Source: Vicinamibacteria bacterium
Lineage (GTDB): Bacteria; Acidobacteriota; Vicinamibacteria; Marinacidobacterales; Marinacidobacteraceae
DNA: 64,000 nucleotides
Reading direction: 5' to 3'
Assembly (NCBI GenBank): GCA_965199715.1
Contig: OZ241322.1
Location: forward strand, 1,760,001 to 1,824,000
Of the stretch, positions 51,786 through 62,470 are shown one piece after another. Position numbers and translations under genes: made by a program. The notes under the pieces are model-generated. The model ran no database searches. It was not told the DNA's origin and saw only the letters and a list, made by a program, of their open reading frames with translations. The first letter of the stretch is position 1; each line of letters starts with the position of its first letter.

Positions 51786-54700
51786 ATGATCAACCAGTCC
51801 ATGAGTCGCGACAACCCCGGCGTCTTCCCGGAGCTCGAGGAGAAGGAGGCGTTCAGCTCCGATTTCGACGCGATCAAGATCTCGATCGCCTCTCCGGAAC
51901 GGATCCGGGGCTGGTCGCACGGCGAGGTGACCAAGGCGGAGACGATCAACTACCGCACCCAGAAACCCGAGCGCGGCGGCCTGTTCTGCTCGCAGATCTT
52001 CGGGCCGATCACCGACTGGGAGTGCCTGTGCGGCAAGTACAAGCGCATGAAGCACCGGGGCGTGATCTGCGACAAGTGCGGCGTCGAGGTCACGCAGGCG
52101 TCGGTGCGGCGGAGCCGGCTCGGGCACATCGAGCTGGCCTGCCCGGTGTCCCACGTCTGGTTCTTCAAGGTGCCGCCCAGCCGGATCGGGCAGGTGCTGG
52201 ACCTGACCCCCCGCGAGCTGGAGCGGGTGCTCTATTACGAGTCGTTCATCACGCTCGAACCGGGCGACGTGGACCTCGCGACGCTCCAGGAGGCGGACCA
52301 CGTCTTCCTGCGCGAGGAAGTCGAGCTGCTCCAGTCACTGTTCGCGTTCAAGGTCGTCGCCGGCGAGGACGAGACGTTTTCGCTTGGCGCGATCCGGGTG
52401 GGGACGCTGCGGGTGGGACAGGTGGTCACCGAGGAGCAGGACCGGCTGCTGAAGAAGCTGTTCGGCCGCACCGACCACGAGTATCGGGAGAAGCGCCGCC
52501 GTCCGGGCAGGACGCACCGGGTCGGGATGGGCGCCGGAGCGGTGAAGGAGCTGCTGCGCGCCGCGAACCTCGAGACGCTCGCAAGGGAGCTGCGGGTCGC
52601 GATGCGCGAGGAGCGCTCGATCCAGAAGCGCGCCAAGGCGGCGAAGCGGCTCAAGGTCGTGGACGCCTTCCGCCGCTCGGGGAACCTGCCCGAGTGGATG
52701 ATCATGGACGTGATCCCGGTGCTGCCGCCGGATCTGCGCCCGCTCGTCCAGCTTGACGGCGGACGCTACGCGACGAGCGATCTGAACGAGCTCTACCGCA
52801 AGGTCATCAACCGGAACAACCGGCTGAAGCGCCTGCTGGAGCTGCGGGCGCCCGACGTGATCGTGCGCAACGAGCAGCGGATGCTGCAAGAAGCCGTGGA
52901 CGCGCTCTTCGACAACGGGCGGCGCGGCCGCGTCATCAAGGGTGCGAACAGCCGGCCGCTGAAGTCGCTGTCGGACACGCTCAAGGGCAAGCAGGGGCGG
53001 TTCCGCCAGAACCTGCTCGGCAAGCGGGTGGACTACTCGGGCCGGTCGGTGATCGTGGTCGGGCCGGAGCTGAAGCTGCACCAGTGCGGTCTGCCCAAGA
53101 AAATGGCGCTGGAGCTGTTCAAGCCGTTCCTGTTCAACCGGCTGGAGCACGAGGGCCTCGCGGCCACGATCAAGCAGGCGCGCGAGCTGGTGGAGGAGCA
53201 GCGCCCCGAGGTCTGGGATTACCTCGAGGAGATCATCCGCGACCACTCGGTGCTGCTGAACCGGGCGCCGACGCTGCATCGGCTCGGCATCCAGGCGTTC
53301 GAGCCGGTGCTGGTGGAGGGGAAGGCGATCCGGATCCACCCGCTGGTGTGCAGCGCGTTCAACGCGGACTTCGACGGCGACCAGATGGCGGTGCACGTGC
53401 CGCTGTCGCCGGAGGCGCAGGTGGAGGCGTCGCTGCTGATGCGGTCGTCGAGGAACATCCTCTCGCCGGCGCACGGCGGGCCGCTCGCGGTGCCGACCCA
53501 GGACATGGTGCTCGGCACGTACTACCTGACGAAGCCGCAGGTGGCGCCGCCGGAGGAGATGAAGGCCTTCGGTTCGATGGACGAGGTGCTGTTCGCGTGG
53601 GAGAGCGGGTCGGTGGAGTCGCTGGCCCCGATCGCGCTGCGCTACACTGGCGAGGTCCTCGACACCCACGACCGGCAGGACGTGAACCGGATCGAGCCGC
53701 GCAAGGTGGAGGGCGAGCGCATCCACACGACGGTGGGGCGGGTGATTCTCAACTCGCGGCTGCCTTCGGACATGCCGTTCGTGAACGGGGTGCTGAAGAA
53801 GCGCGGCATCCAGAACCTGGTGCGGTACATCTACTTGCGGTTCGGGCTGGAGAAGACCGGCGAGATTCTCGACGAGTTCAAGGACGTCGGGTTCGAGTAC
53901 GCGACGCGCAGCGGCACGTCGATCGGCCTTGGGGACCTCGTGGTTCCGAGCCACAAGGCGACGCTCGTGGACGCGGCGAAGGAAGAGGTCGGCCGGGTGG
54001 ACGAGCAGTACCGCGAGGGGGCGATCACCGAGGGCGAGCGCTACAACAAGGTCATCGACGTGTGGTCGAACGCCACGAACGGGGTGGCCGAGGACATGCT
54101 GCGGACGATGGAGGAGCGCGAGCAGGAGACCGGGCGGTTCAACCCGGTGTTCATGATGGTGGACTCGGGAGCGCGGGGAAGCGAGAAGCAGATCCGCCAG
54201 CTCGCGGGGATGCGCGGGCTGATGGCCAAGACCACCGGGGAGATCATCGAGACGCCGATCACGAGCAACTTCCGCGAGGGGCTGAGCGTCATCCAGTACT
54301 TCATCTCCACGAACGGGGCCCGCAAGGGCCTCGCGGACACGGCGCTGCGGACGGCGGACGCGGGGTACCTCACCCGGCGGCTCGCGGACGTGGCGCAGGA
54401 CGTGATCGTGACCGAGAAGGACTGCAACACGCTGCGGGGGATCTACGCGGAGCCGATCGTCGAGGCGGGCGAGGTCATCGAGCCGCTCGGGGACCGGCTG
54501 GTGGGGCGGGTCAGCCTCGAGCCGGTGAAGGACTTCCGCGGCGACGTGATCGTGGACGCGGGCGAGGAGATCTCGGAGGACACGGCGAGCGTGATCGAGG
54601 CGTCGGGAGTGACGCGGGTGAAGATCCGGTCGGTGCTCACCTGCGAGACGGCGCGGGGCGTGTGCGCGATGTGCTACGGGCGCAACCTCGCGACGGGGCG

Positions 54701-56126
54701 GCTCGTGGATCTGGGCGAGGCGGTGGGGATCATCGCCGCCCAGTCCATCGGCGAGCCGGGCACGCAGCTCACGATGCGCACGTTCCACATCGGCGGCACG
54801 GCGAGCGTGTTCGAGAACTCGGCGGTCGAGGCGCGCCACGCCGGAACGCTCGGGTTCTCGTCCGACCTCCGCACGGTGACGGACCGCCACGGGAACCTCG
54901 TGGTCATCAACCGGGCCGGCGCGGTGGAGATCCGCGGCGAGGACAGCCGGCCGGTGGAGAACCACCCGGTCGTGTACGGCGCCCGGATCAAGGCGGGCTC
55001 CGGCGACAAGGTCGAGGCCGGCCAGACGATCGTCGAGTGGGATCCGTACAGCTTCTCGATCCTGAGCGAGCAGGGCGGGACGGTCCGGTTCGCGGACATC
55101 ATCCCGGACATCACCATGGTCCAGGAGGTGGACAGCGTCACCTTCCGCTCGCAGGCGGTCATCATCGAGTCGCAGGACGACTCGCGGGAGCCGCGGATCG
55201 GGATCATCGACCCCGCGACCGGCGAGGAGCAGCGCAGCTACCTGATGCCGTCACGGGCGCACCTCGAGGTGAGCGAGGGCGACGTGGTCCGGCCGGGCGA
55301 CGTGCTGGCCAAGATCCCGCGGGAGACGACCAAGACCAAGGACATCACCGGCGGCCTGCCGCGGGTGGTGGAGCTGTTCGAGGCGCGTCCGCCGCGGTCC
55401 CCGGCGCTCATCAGCGAGATCGACGGGCGGCTCGAGTACGGCGACCTGCGCAAGGGCAAGCGGGTGATCCGGGTGACGTCGTCGGTCACGGACGACGTGC
55501 GCGAGTACGAGGTGCCGCGCGGAGTGCACATCAGCGTCCGCGAGGGCGAGGACGTGCGCGCCGGCGATCCGCTCATGGACGGGCCGCGCAACCCGCACGA
55601 CATCCTCCGAGTGCTCGGCGAGGGCGAGCTGCAGCGGTACCTGGTGCATGAGGTCCAGGAGGTGTACCGCCTCCAGGGCGTGGTGATCGACGACAAGCAC
55701 ATCGAGGTCATCATCAGCCGGATGATGCGCTGGGTGAGGGTCACGGACGTCGGGGACACGGACCTGATCGTGGACTCGGTGATCGAGCGCCACGAGTTCC
55801 GTCAGGCGAACTGGAAGGCGGGGCAGGAGGGAGGCAGCCCGGCGGAGGGCGAGCCGATGCTCCTCGGGCTGACCAAGGCGTCGCTCGCGACCGACAGCTT
55901 CATCTCCGGGGCGTCGTTCCAGGAGACCACGAAGGTGCTCACCGACGCCGCGCTGAACGGCAAGGTCGATCACCTCCGGGGGCTCAAGGAGAACGTCATC
56001 ATGGGCCGGCTGATCCCGGCGGGATCGGGCCTGACGCAGCACCGCCGGTTCGTCCTCCCCGAGGAGGTCGAGGCGCAGCGCCGGATGCACCGCGAGACGA
56101 TCCACGACCCGGAGGCGGTCCCCTAG
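51786..56126 (+). CDS. rpoC: DNA-directed RNA polymerase beta' subunit
   Basis: Zn finger C.CGKYK...[41 protein letters not shown]. Confidence 0.99.
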   Translation: MINQSMSRDNPGVFPELEEKEAFSSDFDAIKISIASPERIRGWSHGEVTKAETINYRTQKPERGGLFCSQIFGPITDWECLCGKYKRMKHRGVICDKCGVEVTQASVRRSRLGHIELACPVSHVWFFKVPPSRIGQVLDLTPRELERVLYYESFITLEPGDVDLATLQEADHVFLREEVELLQSLFAFKVVAGEDETFSLGAIRVGTLRVGQVVTEEQDRLLKKLFGRTDHEYREKRRRPGRTHRVGMGAGAVKELLRAANLETLARELRVAMREERSIQKRAKAAKRLKVVDAFRRSGNLPEWMIMDVIPVLPPDLRPLVQLDGGRYATSDLNELYRKVINRNNRLKRLLELRAPDVIVRNEQRMLQEAVDALFDNGRRGRVIKGANSRPLKSLSDTLKGKQGRFRQNLLGKRVDYSGRSVIVVGPELKLHQCGLPKKMALELFKPFLFNRLEHEGLAATIKQARELVEEQRPEVWDYLEEIIRDHSVLLNRAPTLHRLGIQAFEPVLVEGKAIRIHPLVCSAFNADFDGDQMAVHVPLSPEAQVEASLLMRSSRNILSPAHGGPLAVPTQDMVLGTYYLTKPQVAPPEEMKAFGSMDEVLFAWESGSVESLAPIALRYTGEVLDTHDRQDVNRIEPRKVEGERIHTTVGRVILNSRLPSDMPFVNGVLKKRGIQNLVRYIYLRFGLEKTGEILDEFKDVGFEYATRSGTSIGLGDLVVPSHKATLVDAAKEEVGRVDEQYREGAITEGERYNKVIDVWSNATNGVAEDMLRTMEEREQETGRFNPVFMMVDSGARGSEKQIRQLAGMRGLMAKTTGEIIETPITSNFREGLSVIQYFISTNGARKGLADTALRTADAGYLTRRLADVAQDVIVTEKDCNTLRGIYAEPIVEAGEVIEPLGDRLVGRVSLEPVKDFRGDVIVDAGEEISEDTASVIEASGVTRVKIRSVLTCETARGVCAMCYGRNLATGRLVDLGEAVGIIAAQSIGEPGTQLTMRTFHIGGTASVFENSAVEARHAGTLGFSSDLRTVTDRHGNLVVINRAGAVEIRGEDSRPVENHPVVYGARIKAGSGDKVEAGQTIVEWDPYSFSILSEQGGTVRFADIIPDITMVQEVDSVTFRSQAVIIESQDDSREPRIGIIDPATGEEQRSYLMPSRAHLEVSEGDVVRPGDVLAKIPRETTKTKDITGGLPRVVELFEARPPRSPALISEIDGRLEYGDLRKGKRVIRVTSSVTDDVREYEVPRGVHISVREGEDVRAGDPLMDGPRNPHDILRVLGEGELQRYLVHEVQEVYRLQGVVIDDKHIEVIISRMMRWVRVTDVGDTDLIVDSVIERHEFRQANWKAGQEGGSPAEGEPMLLGLTKASLATDSFISGASFQETTKVLTDAALNGKVDHLRGLKENVIMGRLIPAGSGLTQHRRFVLPEEVEAQRRMHRETIHDPEAVP

Positions 56127-57301
56127 GCGCGCACCTCCCGCAGCGCCCGGAAGAACGCCTCGTGGTCGGGCGACCGGCCGACCGAGATCCGCAGGAACGT
56201 CGGCAGGCCCCAGCCGCCGCCGTCCTGGACGTAGATCCCGCGCCGGAACAGCGCCCACGCGGTCGGCAGCGCTTCCTCCCCGAGGTCGGTCATCAGGAAG
56301 GGCGCCCGGTGCGGCCACGACGGGAATCCCATCGCCGAGAGGCCGGAGCGCAGCTCGGCGAGTCCGTCGTCCACGGCTCGGACGTAGGCGGCCACGTGCT
56401 CCCGGTCGTCGAGCGCCGGCCCGCAGGCGACCGCCGCCGCCGAGTTGAGGCCGAAGTCGCCCCACCAGACGCTGGCGGCCTTCTCGAACATGGGGCCTGA
56501 CCCCACGACGTACCCGAGCCGGAGCCCGGCCATCCCGTACGCCTTCGAGAACGTGCGCGCCACGATCACCGGGCCGTCGGCGAGCGCCAGCGGGATCGCG
56601 TCCTCGCCGTCGGGCAGGAACTCCGCGTAGGCCTCGTCCACGATCAGGATCCCGTCGTCGGGGACTCCGTGGGCGAGCGCCGCGATCTCGTCGCGCGAGA
56701 CCGGCGCGCCGGTGGGGTTGTTGGGGTTCGCCAGATAGACGATGCGCGTGTCGGGCCGGATCGCGGCCCCCATCGCGCCCATGTCCAGCCGCCCCTCCGG
56801 ACCCATCGGCACCCGGATCACGTCGGCCCCGATGGACTCTGCGACCCCGCCGCACCAGCCGTAGGTGATTTCGGGAAGGACGAGGCTGGTCGTCGCCGGC
56901 TTCAGGAGCCCCCACGGCAGGAACTGGAGGAACTCGGTGGAGCCGCAGCCGGGAAGCACGTGCACGCGAGTCGTCCCGTGGTGGTCGGCGATCCGGTCGC
57001 GGATCGCTTCGGGGTAGTTGTACTGGTGTGCGCCGCCGAGGCCGTCCGCCGCGATCGCGGCGAGCGCCTTCGGCGAGGGGCCGAGCGGGTTCTCGTTGAA
57101 CCCGATCCGGATCGCGTCGTCGGCGAAGCCGCCTTCGGGCCAGACCGGCAGCGGCCCCGGCCCGTCCTGCGCGCTCGCGGTCCGGGACAGCGCCCGGGTC
57201 GCGGCGGCCGCCGCCACGGCGGCGAGGAAGGCGCGCCGGCTCGGGGCGAGGCCGGCGGGGTAGCACTCGAATCCGAGCGGGCGGGAGAAGGGGGAGAGCA
57301 T
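56123..57301 (-). CDS. PLP-dependent aminotransferase class I/II (HisC-like) with Tat signal
   Basis: SRRAFL Tat motif; [42 protein letters not shown]. Confidence 0.88.
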   Translation of the reverse strand: MLSPFSRPLGFECYPAGLAPSRRAFLAAVAAAAATRALSRTASAQDGPGPLPVWPEGGFADDAIRIGFNENPLGPSPKALAAIAADGLGGAHQYNYPEAIRDRIADHHGTTRVHVLPGCGSTEFLQFLPWGLLKPATTSLVLPEITYGWCGGVAESIGADVIRVPMGPEGRLDMGAMGAAIRPDTRIVYLANPNNPTGAPVSRDEIAALAHGVPDDGILIVDEAYAEFLPDGEDAIPLALADGPVIVARTFSKAYGMAGLRLGYVVGSGPMFEKAASVWWGDFGLNSAAAVACGPALDDREHVAAYVRAVDDGLAELRSGLSAMGFPSWPHRAPFLMTDLGEEALPTAWALFRRGIYVQDGGGWGLPTFLRISVGRSPDHEAFFRALREVRA

Positions 57302-57311
57302 GGAGGCGTCC

Positions 57312-59681
57312 TCAGAAGCTCCAGCGCCACCCCGACAGCAGCGCGAGTTGCGGCCCGAGCGTTTCCCGGTGTCCGGCCCAGTGACTCCACACGGCTCCGA
57401 TGCGGAGCTCGCCGGGTCCGGCGGCCCGGTTCCACTGCGCGGTCAGGTCGATCTGCCGATGCGCCGGCGCGAGGTCGGCGCGCAGCGACTCGGAGAGCAC
57501 TTCGCCCTGTCGGGTGCGGGCGGAGGGCACGGCGAGCGACGCCGCGCCGCGCTCGACCCGGAGCGGCTGCGAGAGCGAGAACTGGAGCGAGCTGCGCTCG
57601 TCGAGGCCGGTTCCGAGATGGAGCGCGAACGCGCTCGTCGCGAGCGAGGAGATGTCGCGGATGATCCCGCCGTGGATTTCGGGGGCGGCGAGCCCCACTT
57701 CCCCGCTGCCGCCGAGGCGCCAGCGACCGAGCGACACGCCGCCGTCGAAGCCCACGAAGCCGGTCGTCGCGGACAGGCTCCCGAACGCGCCGTGGCCCAT
57801 GCTGCCGAGCAGCGTCTCCCGCTCCTCGATCCAGCCGGCGCGAAGCCCGAACGGAACGCTCCCCGGCCGCCAGGCGACGGCGGCTCCCGAGGCGGGCATC
57901 CCGACGCGCCAGGTTCCGGTCGTGAACGCGCTGGCCGAGAGTCCGGAAGGCGAGGACGCGCTCAGCATGACCGCGCCCTCGGCGAGCGCGAGGTGGCCGC
58001 TGCCGGTCGCCGTGGGCATCCGCAGGACGTCCGCCTCCATCGGGGCGGCGACGCCGGGATCGCGCTCGCCGAAGCTCGTGAACGCCGATCGGGAACCGGG
58101 CCCGAGGAAGCTGCGGAGCCGGGCGGCCATCGACGGACCGTCGGTCGTCACCGCGAATCCGCCGAGCCCGTGCCAGAACGGCGCGCCGAGCCCGTCGATG
58201 GACATGACCTCCTGGCCGTCGAGCGCCTGCTGGATGCCGTCGCCGAACGCCGCCCCGAGGCGCAGGCCGGTCGATTGCAGCGCGGCGCCTCCCATCACGG
58301 CGGCCCCGCCGGTCGCGATCGGGACGCTGAGCACGCCCACCGGGGAGGTGGCGGCTCCGAGGTCCATCCGGCCCTGGCCGTAGATCTCGCGCTCGGCGTA
58401 GATGCCGGTGCGGTCGGCGGTGACGAAGAGCCGGCTCACCAGCTCCTCGTTGGAGAGCTGGTTCCGGAAGAGCTGCTTCATGACCGCGAGCCCGCCGGAG
58501 ACCATCGGCGCGGCGAACGACGTGCCGCTGCCTTGGCCGATCCCCCGGAACCCGATCTCGTCCTCGTTCGGGCCGAAGTACGCGAAGAGGAGGTCCTGCC
58601 CGGGCGCGGCGATGCAATGGTCGGCGGCGATCCCGCAGCGGTTGGAGAAGCTCGCGATCGCGCCGCCGTCCGGGCTGAGCGCCACGACCGCGATGGAGTG
58701 CCCCTGCAGCTCCTCGATCCGCGCCAGCAGGCCGGGCAGGATGCCGACCGAGACCGCCTCGATCCGTCCGTCCACGCAGTTCGGAACCCCGAACCCGCAC
58801 CGGTCGCCGTTCGCGTTGCCCGCGGCCCACACGAGGATGACCCTGTCGGCGCTCCCCTCCTGCGCGAGCGTCGCGATCGTCTGCGCGAAGTTCTCGCGGA
58901 GGAGCGCCTCGTCGTACTCGCCGATCAGGCCGTCGTATCCGAAGCTCAGGTTCAGGATGTCCAGCTCGCCGCCGGTGTTCCTCCAGTCGAAGACGGTCTG
59001 GAAGAGCTCGGCGAACTGCGCGTCCGCACTGGCCAGCCCTTCGGCCGTGATCGGGTCGTACACGTTGTCGGGGTTGCCGAGCGGGATCGCCCACACCGCG
59101 AGATCCGCCCCCCACGCGACCCCGATCGGCGCGTTGGGATTGCCGGTGCGCCCGCCGGCGGCGATGCTCGCGACCGCCGTTCCGTGCGAGCTGTCGTCGC
59201 CGGTCTCCGCTTCGGCTCCGTACAGGAATGTCTCGTGGATGGTCTTGCCCGCGAAGATCGGGTGCTCGGCGTCGATCCCGGAATCGATCACGCCGATGGT
59301 GACGCCCTCGCCCGGCGCGACGTCGGGCCCCTCGAGCAGGTTCACGTGGGCGTACGCGAGGTGGGCGTTGATCGATTCGAGGCCCCATTGCGCCTCGAAG
59401 CCGGGATCGGCGGCGTATTCCGGAGCGAGCGCCGCGGCCCGGTCGTTGAACTCGGGAGCGGGAACGCACTCGCCGGTGTACGTGGTGACGCACACGTCAG
59501 CCGGCGCGTCGGGCGGATCGCGCGGCGGGGGCGGCGGATCCGGCTCGGGCTCGGGCGCCGGAGCCGGAGCCGGCTCGGGAACGGGCGCCTGCGGAGCGGG
59601 CGCGTTGGCCACGGATCGCGACCCGCAGCCCCCGAGCGCGACGACGAGCAGAGCGCTGACGCCGATGTCGAGCCTTGTCAT
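57312..59681 (-). CDS. S8 subtilisin-like serine protease, lipoprotein with a C-terminal beta-barrel-like domain
   Basis: LGGC lipobox, Pro-rich linker, VIDSG / HGTAVA / AAGN / GTSFAAP, YGQG.MDL, amphipathic strands ending WRWSF. Confidence 0.88.
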   Translation of the reverse strand: MTRLDIGVSALLVVALGGCGSRSVANAPAPQAPVPEPAPAPAPEPEPDPPPPPRDPPDAPADVCVTTYTGECVPAPEFNDRAAALAPEYAADPGFEAQWGLESINAHLAYAHVNLLEGPDVAPGEGVTIGVIDSGIDAEHPIFAGKTIHETFLYGAEAETGDDSSHGTAVASIAAGGRTGNPNAPIGVAWGADLAVWAIPLGNPDNVYDPITAEGLASADAQFAELFQTVFDWRNTGGELDILNLSFGYDGLIGEYDEALLRENFAQTIATLAQEGSADRVILVWAAGNANGDRCGFGVPNCVDGRIEAVSVGILPGLLARIEELQGHSIAVVALSPDGGAIASFSNRCGIAADHCIAAPGQDLLFAYFGPNEDEIGFRGIGQGSGTSFAAPMVSGGLAVMKQLFRNQLSNEELVSRLFVTADRTGIYAEREIYGQGRMDLGAATSPVGVLSVPIATGGAAVMGGAALQSTGLRLGAAFGDGIQQALDGQEVMSIDGLGAPFWHGLGGFAVTTDGPSMAARLRSFLGPGSRSAFTSFGERDPGVAAPMEADVLRMPTATGSGHLALAEGAVMLSASSPSGLSASAFTTGTWRVGMPASGAAVAWRPGSVPFGLRAGWIEERETLLGSMGHGAFGSLSATTGFVGFDGGVSLGRWRLGGSGEVGLAAPEIHGGIIRDISSLATSAFALHLGTGLDERSSLQFSLSQPLRVERGAASLAVPSARTRQGEVLSESLRADLAPAHRQIDLTAQWNRAAGPGELRIGAVWSHWAGHRETLGPQLALLSGWRWSF

Positions 59682-59786
59682 GGGAACACGATACCGCCTC
59701 TCGGGAAGGCGCGGTTTGGTCGGGGTGGCGGGCGGATCCGCGTCGGTATAGTCCCGGCGGCGCACGGCCGCCACGAGGAAGGGTTC

Positions 59787-61775
59787 ATGAAGGACGTCTC
59801 CACGATTCTCGCGCTCATCGACAGCGGCGCCATCGCCCTTCCTGAGTTCCAGCGGGGCTTTGTTTGGAATCGGGCGCAGGTCCGTGCGCTGTTCCATTCC
59901 CTATACCGGCGGTATCCGGTAGGTGGGCTCCTGGTCTGGACGACCAGGACCGAAGCGGCGTCCCATCGGGGCGACGGCCCCGTAGCGCAAGGCAACGTGG
60001 ACCTGCTTCTGGACGGCCAGCAGCGGATGACGACGCTCTACGGAGTGATCCGCGGGCGTCCTCCGAAGTTCTTCGACGGTGACCGGAATGCCTTCACCGG
60101 ACTCCGCTTTCATCTGGAGGACGAGATCTTCGCGTTCTACCAGCCCGCCAAGATGAAGGACGACCCGCTCTGGATCGACGTCAGCGACCTGATGAGGAAG
60201 GGGGTCGGCCGCGCCCAGGAAGCTGTTCCGAACCTGCCGGAACCGATGCGTTACATGGGGCGTCTCCTGAAGCTCCTCGACATCGCCAACGTGAAGCTGC
60301 ACATGGAGTATGTGGCCGGCGAGGAAAAGACCCTCGACGTCGTCGTGGACATCTTCAACCGCGTGAACAGCGGCGGCACGAAGCTGTCCAAGGGGGACCT
60401 CGCGCTCGCGAGAATCTGCGCCGATTGGCCCGAGGGACGAACTTCGATGAAATCCGAGCTCTCCCGATGGCGGGAGCACGGCTTCGATTTCACGCTCGAC
60501 TGGCTCTTGCGTTCCGTCAATACGATGCTGACCGGCGAGGCGAAGTTCAACTACTTGGAGGGCAAGACAGCGGCCGATGTACAGCGAGGACTCAAGCAGG
60601 CGACGACGCACATAGACACTTCACTGAACATGATCGCCGGACGTCTCGGATTGGATCACGATCGCGTGCTGTTCGGGCGATTCGCCATTCCCGTCATCGC
60701 CCGGCTCCTCGACCGCAAACCGGATCTCGGTGCGCGAGACAGGGATCGGCTGCTGTACTGGTTCGCCCAGGCAGGCATGTGGGGCCGGTTCTCGGGTTCC
60801 ACCGAGACGGCGATCGACCGGTGCCTGGCGGCGCTTGAGGGGCCGGTCGGTGGCGTGGACGGTCTGTTGGAGGAGTTGTGGGATTGGAGCGGGAACCGCC
60901 GCATCGAGCCGGGAGATTTCGCCGGCTGGAGTCTCGGGGCGCGTTTCTATCCGATCCTCTACATGCTGACCAGAATGGGCGATGCGCGCGACTGGGGCGA
61001 TGGACTCCCGGTGAAGGCGCATGCGCTCGGCAAGATGAGCCAGATCGAGATGCACCACATCTTCCCGAAGGCCAAGTTGTACGCGGCGCGTCGTCACGGC
61101 CACGACCGCGATTACGGCAGGGCGGAAGTGAACGCATTGGCCAACTTCTGCTTCCAAACCAAGGTCACGAACATCTGCATCAGCGACCGGCTGCCCGAGG
61201 AGTACTTCCCGAAGGTCGAGGCCAAGAATCCGGGCGCGCTGGCCTCGCAGTGGATCCCCGAGGATCCCGAGCTCTGGAAGGTCAAGAACTACCTGGACTT
61301 CCTTGAGGCACGCAGGAGACTGCTGGCTGAGGAAGCCAACCGCCGATTCGCCGACTTGCTCCATGAGGAACTGCCGTCCGTGGGCGACACGGTCTCTGAA
61401 CCTACGGAGGAGACGATGCCCGTGATCGTCCGTCCGGCCGTGCCCGGCGGGATCGAGAGCGACGCCGAGGAGGCAGAGATTCGGTCCCTCAACGAATGGG
61501 TTGTCGGATGGGATCTTCCGCGCGGCTCCGTCGGATTCGAGCTGGCGGACGAAACGACGGGCGAACCGCGCGCCGTTCTCGATCTGGCGTGGCCGGAGGG
61601 ACTCCAGTCGGGCCTGAGCGCACCGGTCGCAGTGCTGTTGAACGAGCCGCCCGAGGTGCTGTCCATTGCGAGCGCGTCGGGCTACCGGTGCTTCACCAGC
61701 GTCACGGCGTTCCAGGGCTACGTGAACGCGGAGATCCTGGAGCTGGAGACGGGGATCGGTGTTCGGTCCGCCTGA
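59787..61775 (+). CDS. GmrSD-family (DUF262 + HNH/DUF1524-like) modification-dependent nuclease with a C-terminal extension
   Basis: LPEFQRGFVW, LLDGQQR.TT, IFNRVNSGG..L, EMHHIFPK, NALANF..N; SD GAGGAAG. Confidence 0.88.
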   Translation: MKDVSTILALIDSGAIALPEFQRGFVWNRAQVRALFHSLYRRYPVGGLLVWTTRTEAASHRGDGPVAQGNVDLLLDGQQRMTTLYGVIRGRPPKFFDGDRNAFTGLRFHLEDEIFAFYQPAKMKDDPLWIDVSDLMRKGVGRAQEAVPNLPEPMRYMGRLLKLLDIANVKLHMEYVAGEEKTLDVVVDIFNRVNSGGTKLSKGDLALARICADWPEGRTSMKSELSRWREHGFDFTLDWLLRSVNTMLTGEAKFNYLEGKTAADVQRGLKQATTHIDTSLNMIAGRLGLDHDRVLFGRFAIPVIARLLDRKPDLGARDRDRLLYWFAQAGMWGRFSGSTETAIDRCLAALEGPVGGVDGLLEELWDWSGNRRIEPGDFAGWSLGARFYPILYMLTRMGDARDWGDGLPVKAHALGKMSQIEMHHIFPKAKLYAARRHGHDRDYGRAEVNALANFCFQTKVTNICISDRLPEEYFPKVEAKNPGALASQWIPEDPELWKVKNYLDFLEARRRLLAEEANRRFADLLHEELPSVGDTVSEPTEETMPVIVRPAVPGGIESDAEEAEIRSLNEWVVGWDLPRGSVGFELADETTGEPRAVLDLAWPEGLQSGLSAPVAVLLNEPPEVLSIASASGYRCFTSVTAFQGYVNAEILELETGIGVRSA

Positions 61776-61789
61776 AGCGCCCCCCTGCG

Positions 61790-62295
61790 GCGGCAGACGG
61801 CGTACGTCGAGACCTATGTCGTCAGCTGCCTCACGGCTCGCCCATCCCGGGACACGCTCGTAGCGGCGCACCAGGACGTCACCCGGCGGTGGTGGCGCCG
61901 CACCCGCGGCCGGTTCGATCTCAATGCGTCGGCGCCCGTCGTCCAAGAGGCCCAGTGCCGGCGACGCAGCGGCCGCGCAGTTGCGTATCGATTCGCTCCG
62001 GGGTCTTCCGATCCTGCGAGTGACGCGAGCGACGGACGAACTGGCCGATGCGCTTGTGGCGCAGGGCGCCGTTCCGCCCAGCGCTCCTGAGGATGCGCTA
62101 CACATCGCGATCGCGGTGATTCACCGAATCAACCTGCTCGTCACGTGGAATTGTCGCCACATGGCCCACGCCGAGAGACGCGCCCAAATTGACGGAGTGC
62201 GCCGGCGCGCCGGGTTCAAGCCCGCAGTAATCCGCACCCCATACGATCTGCTCGAGGTGGCCGATGATGAAGCATTCCTCCAACGAAATCCTTGA
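61790..62295 (+). pseudogene. PIN/VapC-family toxin, frameshifted, start codon eroded
   Basis: AYVET.VVS.LTARPSRD..VAAHQ..T..WW, +1 shift at CCC 61951-53, then EDALHIAIA...LVTWNCRH.A, I.TP..L. Confidence 0.8.
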
Positions 62296-62467
62296 GGAAA
62301 TCTGGGCGGTTCGCGATGCGCACGCCAAGAAGTTCAACTACGACCTGACCGCTATCGGCCGCGATGTTAGGTCCATCGAGGAGCGGTTGGGGCCGGAGTG
62401 GCGTCGCGTGTCCGCTCCCCAGCGGCCCGGGGCGACCCCGAGCCACTCCGGCAAGACCAAACCCTGA
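62264..62467 (+). CDS. Small protein, putative PIN antitoxin
   Basis: EILEEI...RDAHAKKFNYDL.AI..D; overlaps the PIN 3' end; SD GAGG. Confidence 0.65.
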   Translation: MMKHSSNEILEEIWAVRDAHAKKFNYDLTAIGRDVRSIEERLGPEWRRVSAPQRPGATPSHSGKTKP

Positions 62468-62470
62468 CGC

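Noticed and set aside
53000-54800. G-ending codon enrichment within rpoC as a recombination tract
   Set aside because: Visual impression only; it needs sliding-window codon statistics
59520-59600. Short tandem repeats in the S8 gene
   Set aside because: They encode a Pro-Ala/Pro-Glu linker and are not a CRISPR or regulatory array
57300-61775. Apparent 1491-aa fusion ending in DUF262
   Set aside because: The first ~830 aa are antisense to the S8 protease; the real start is ATG 59787 with an SD
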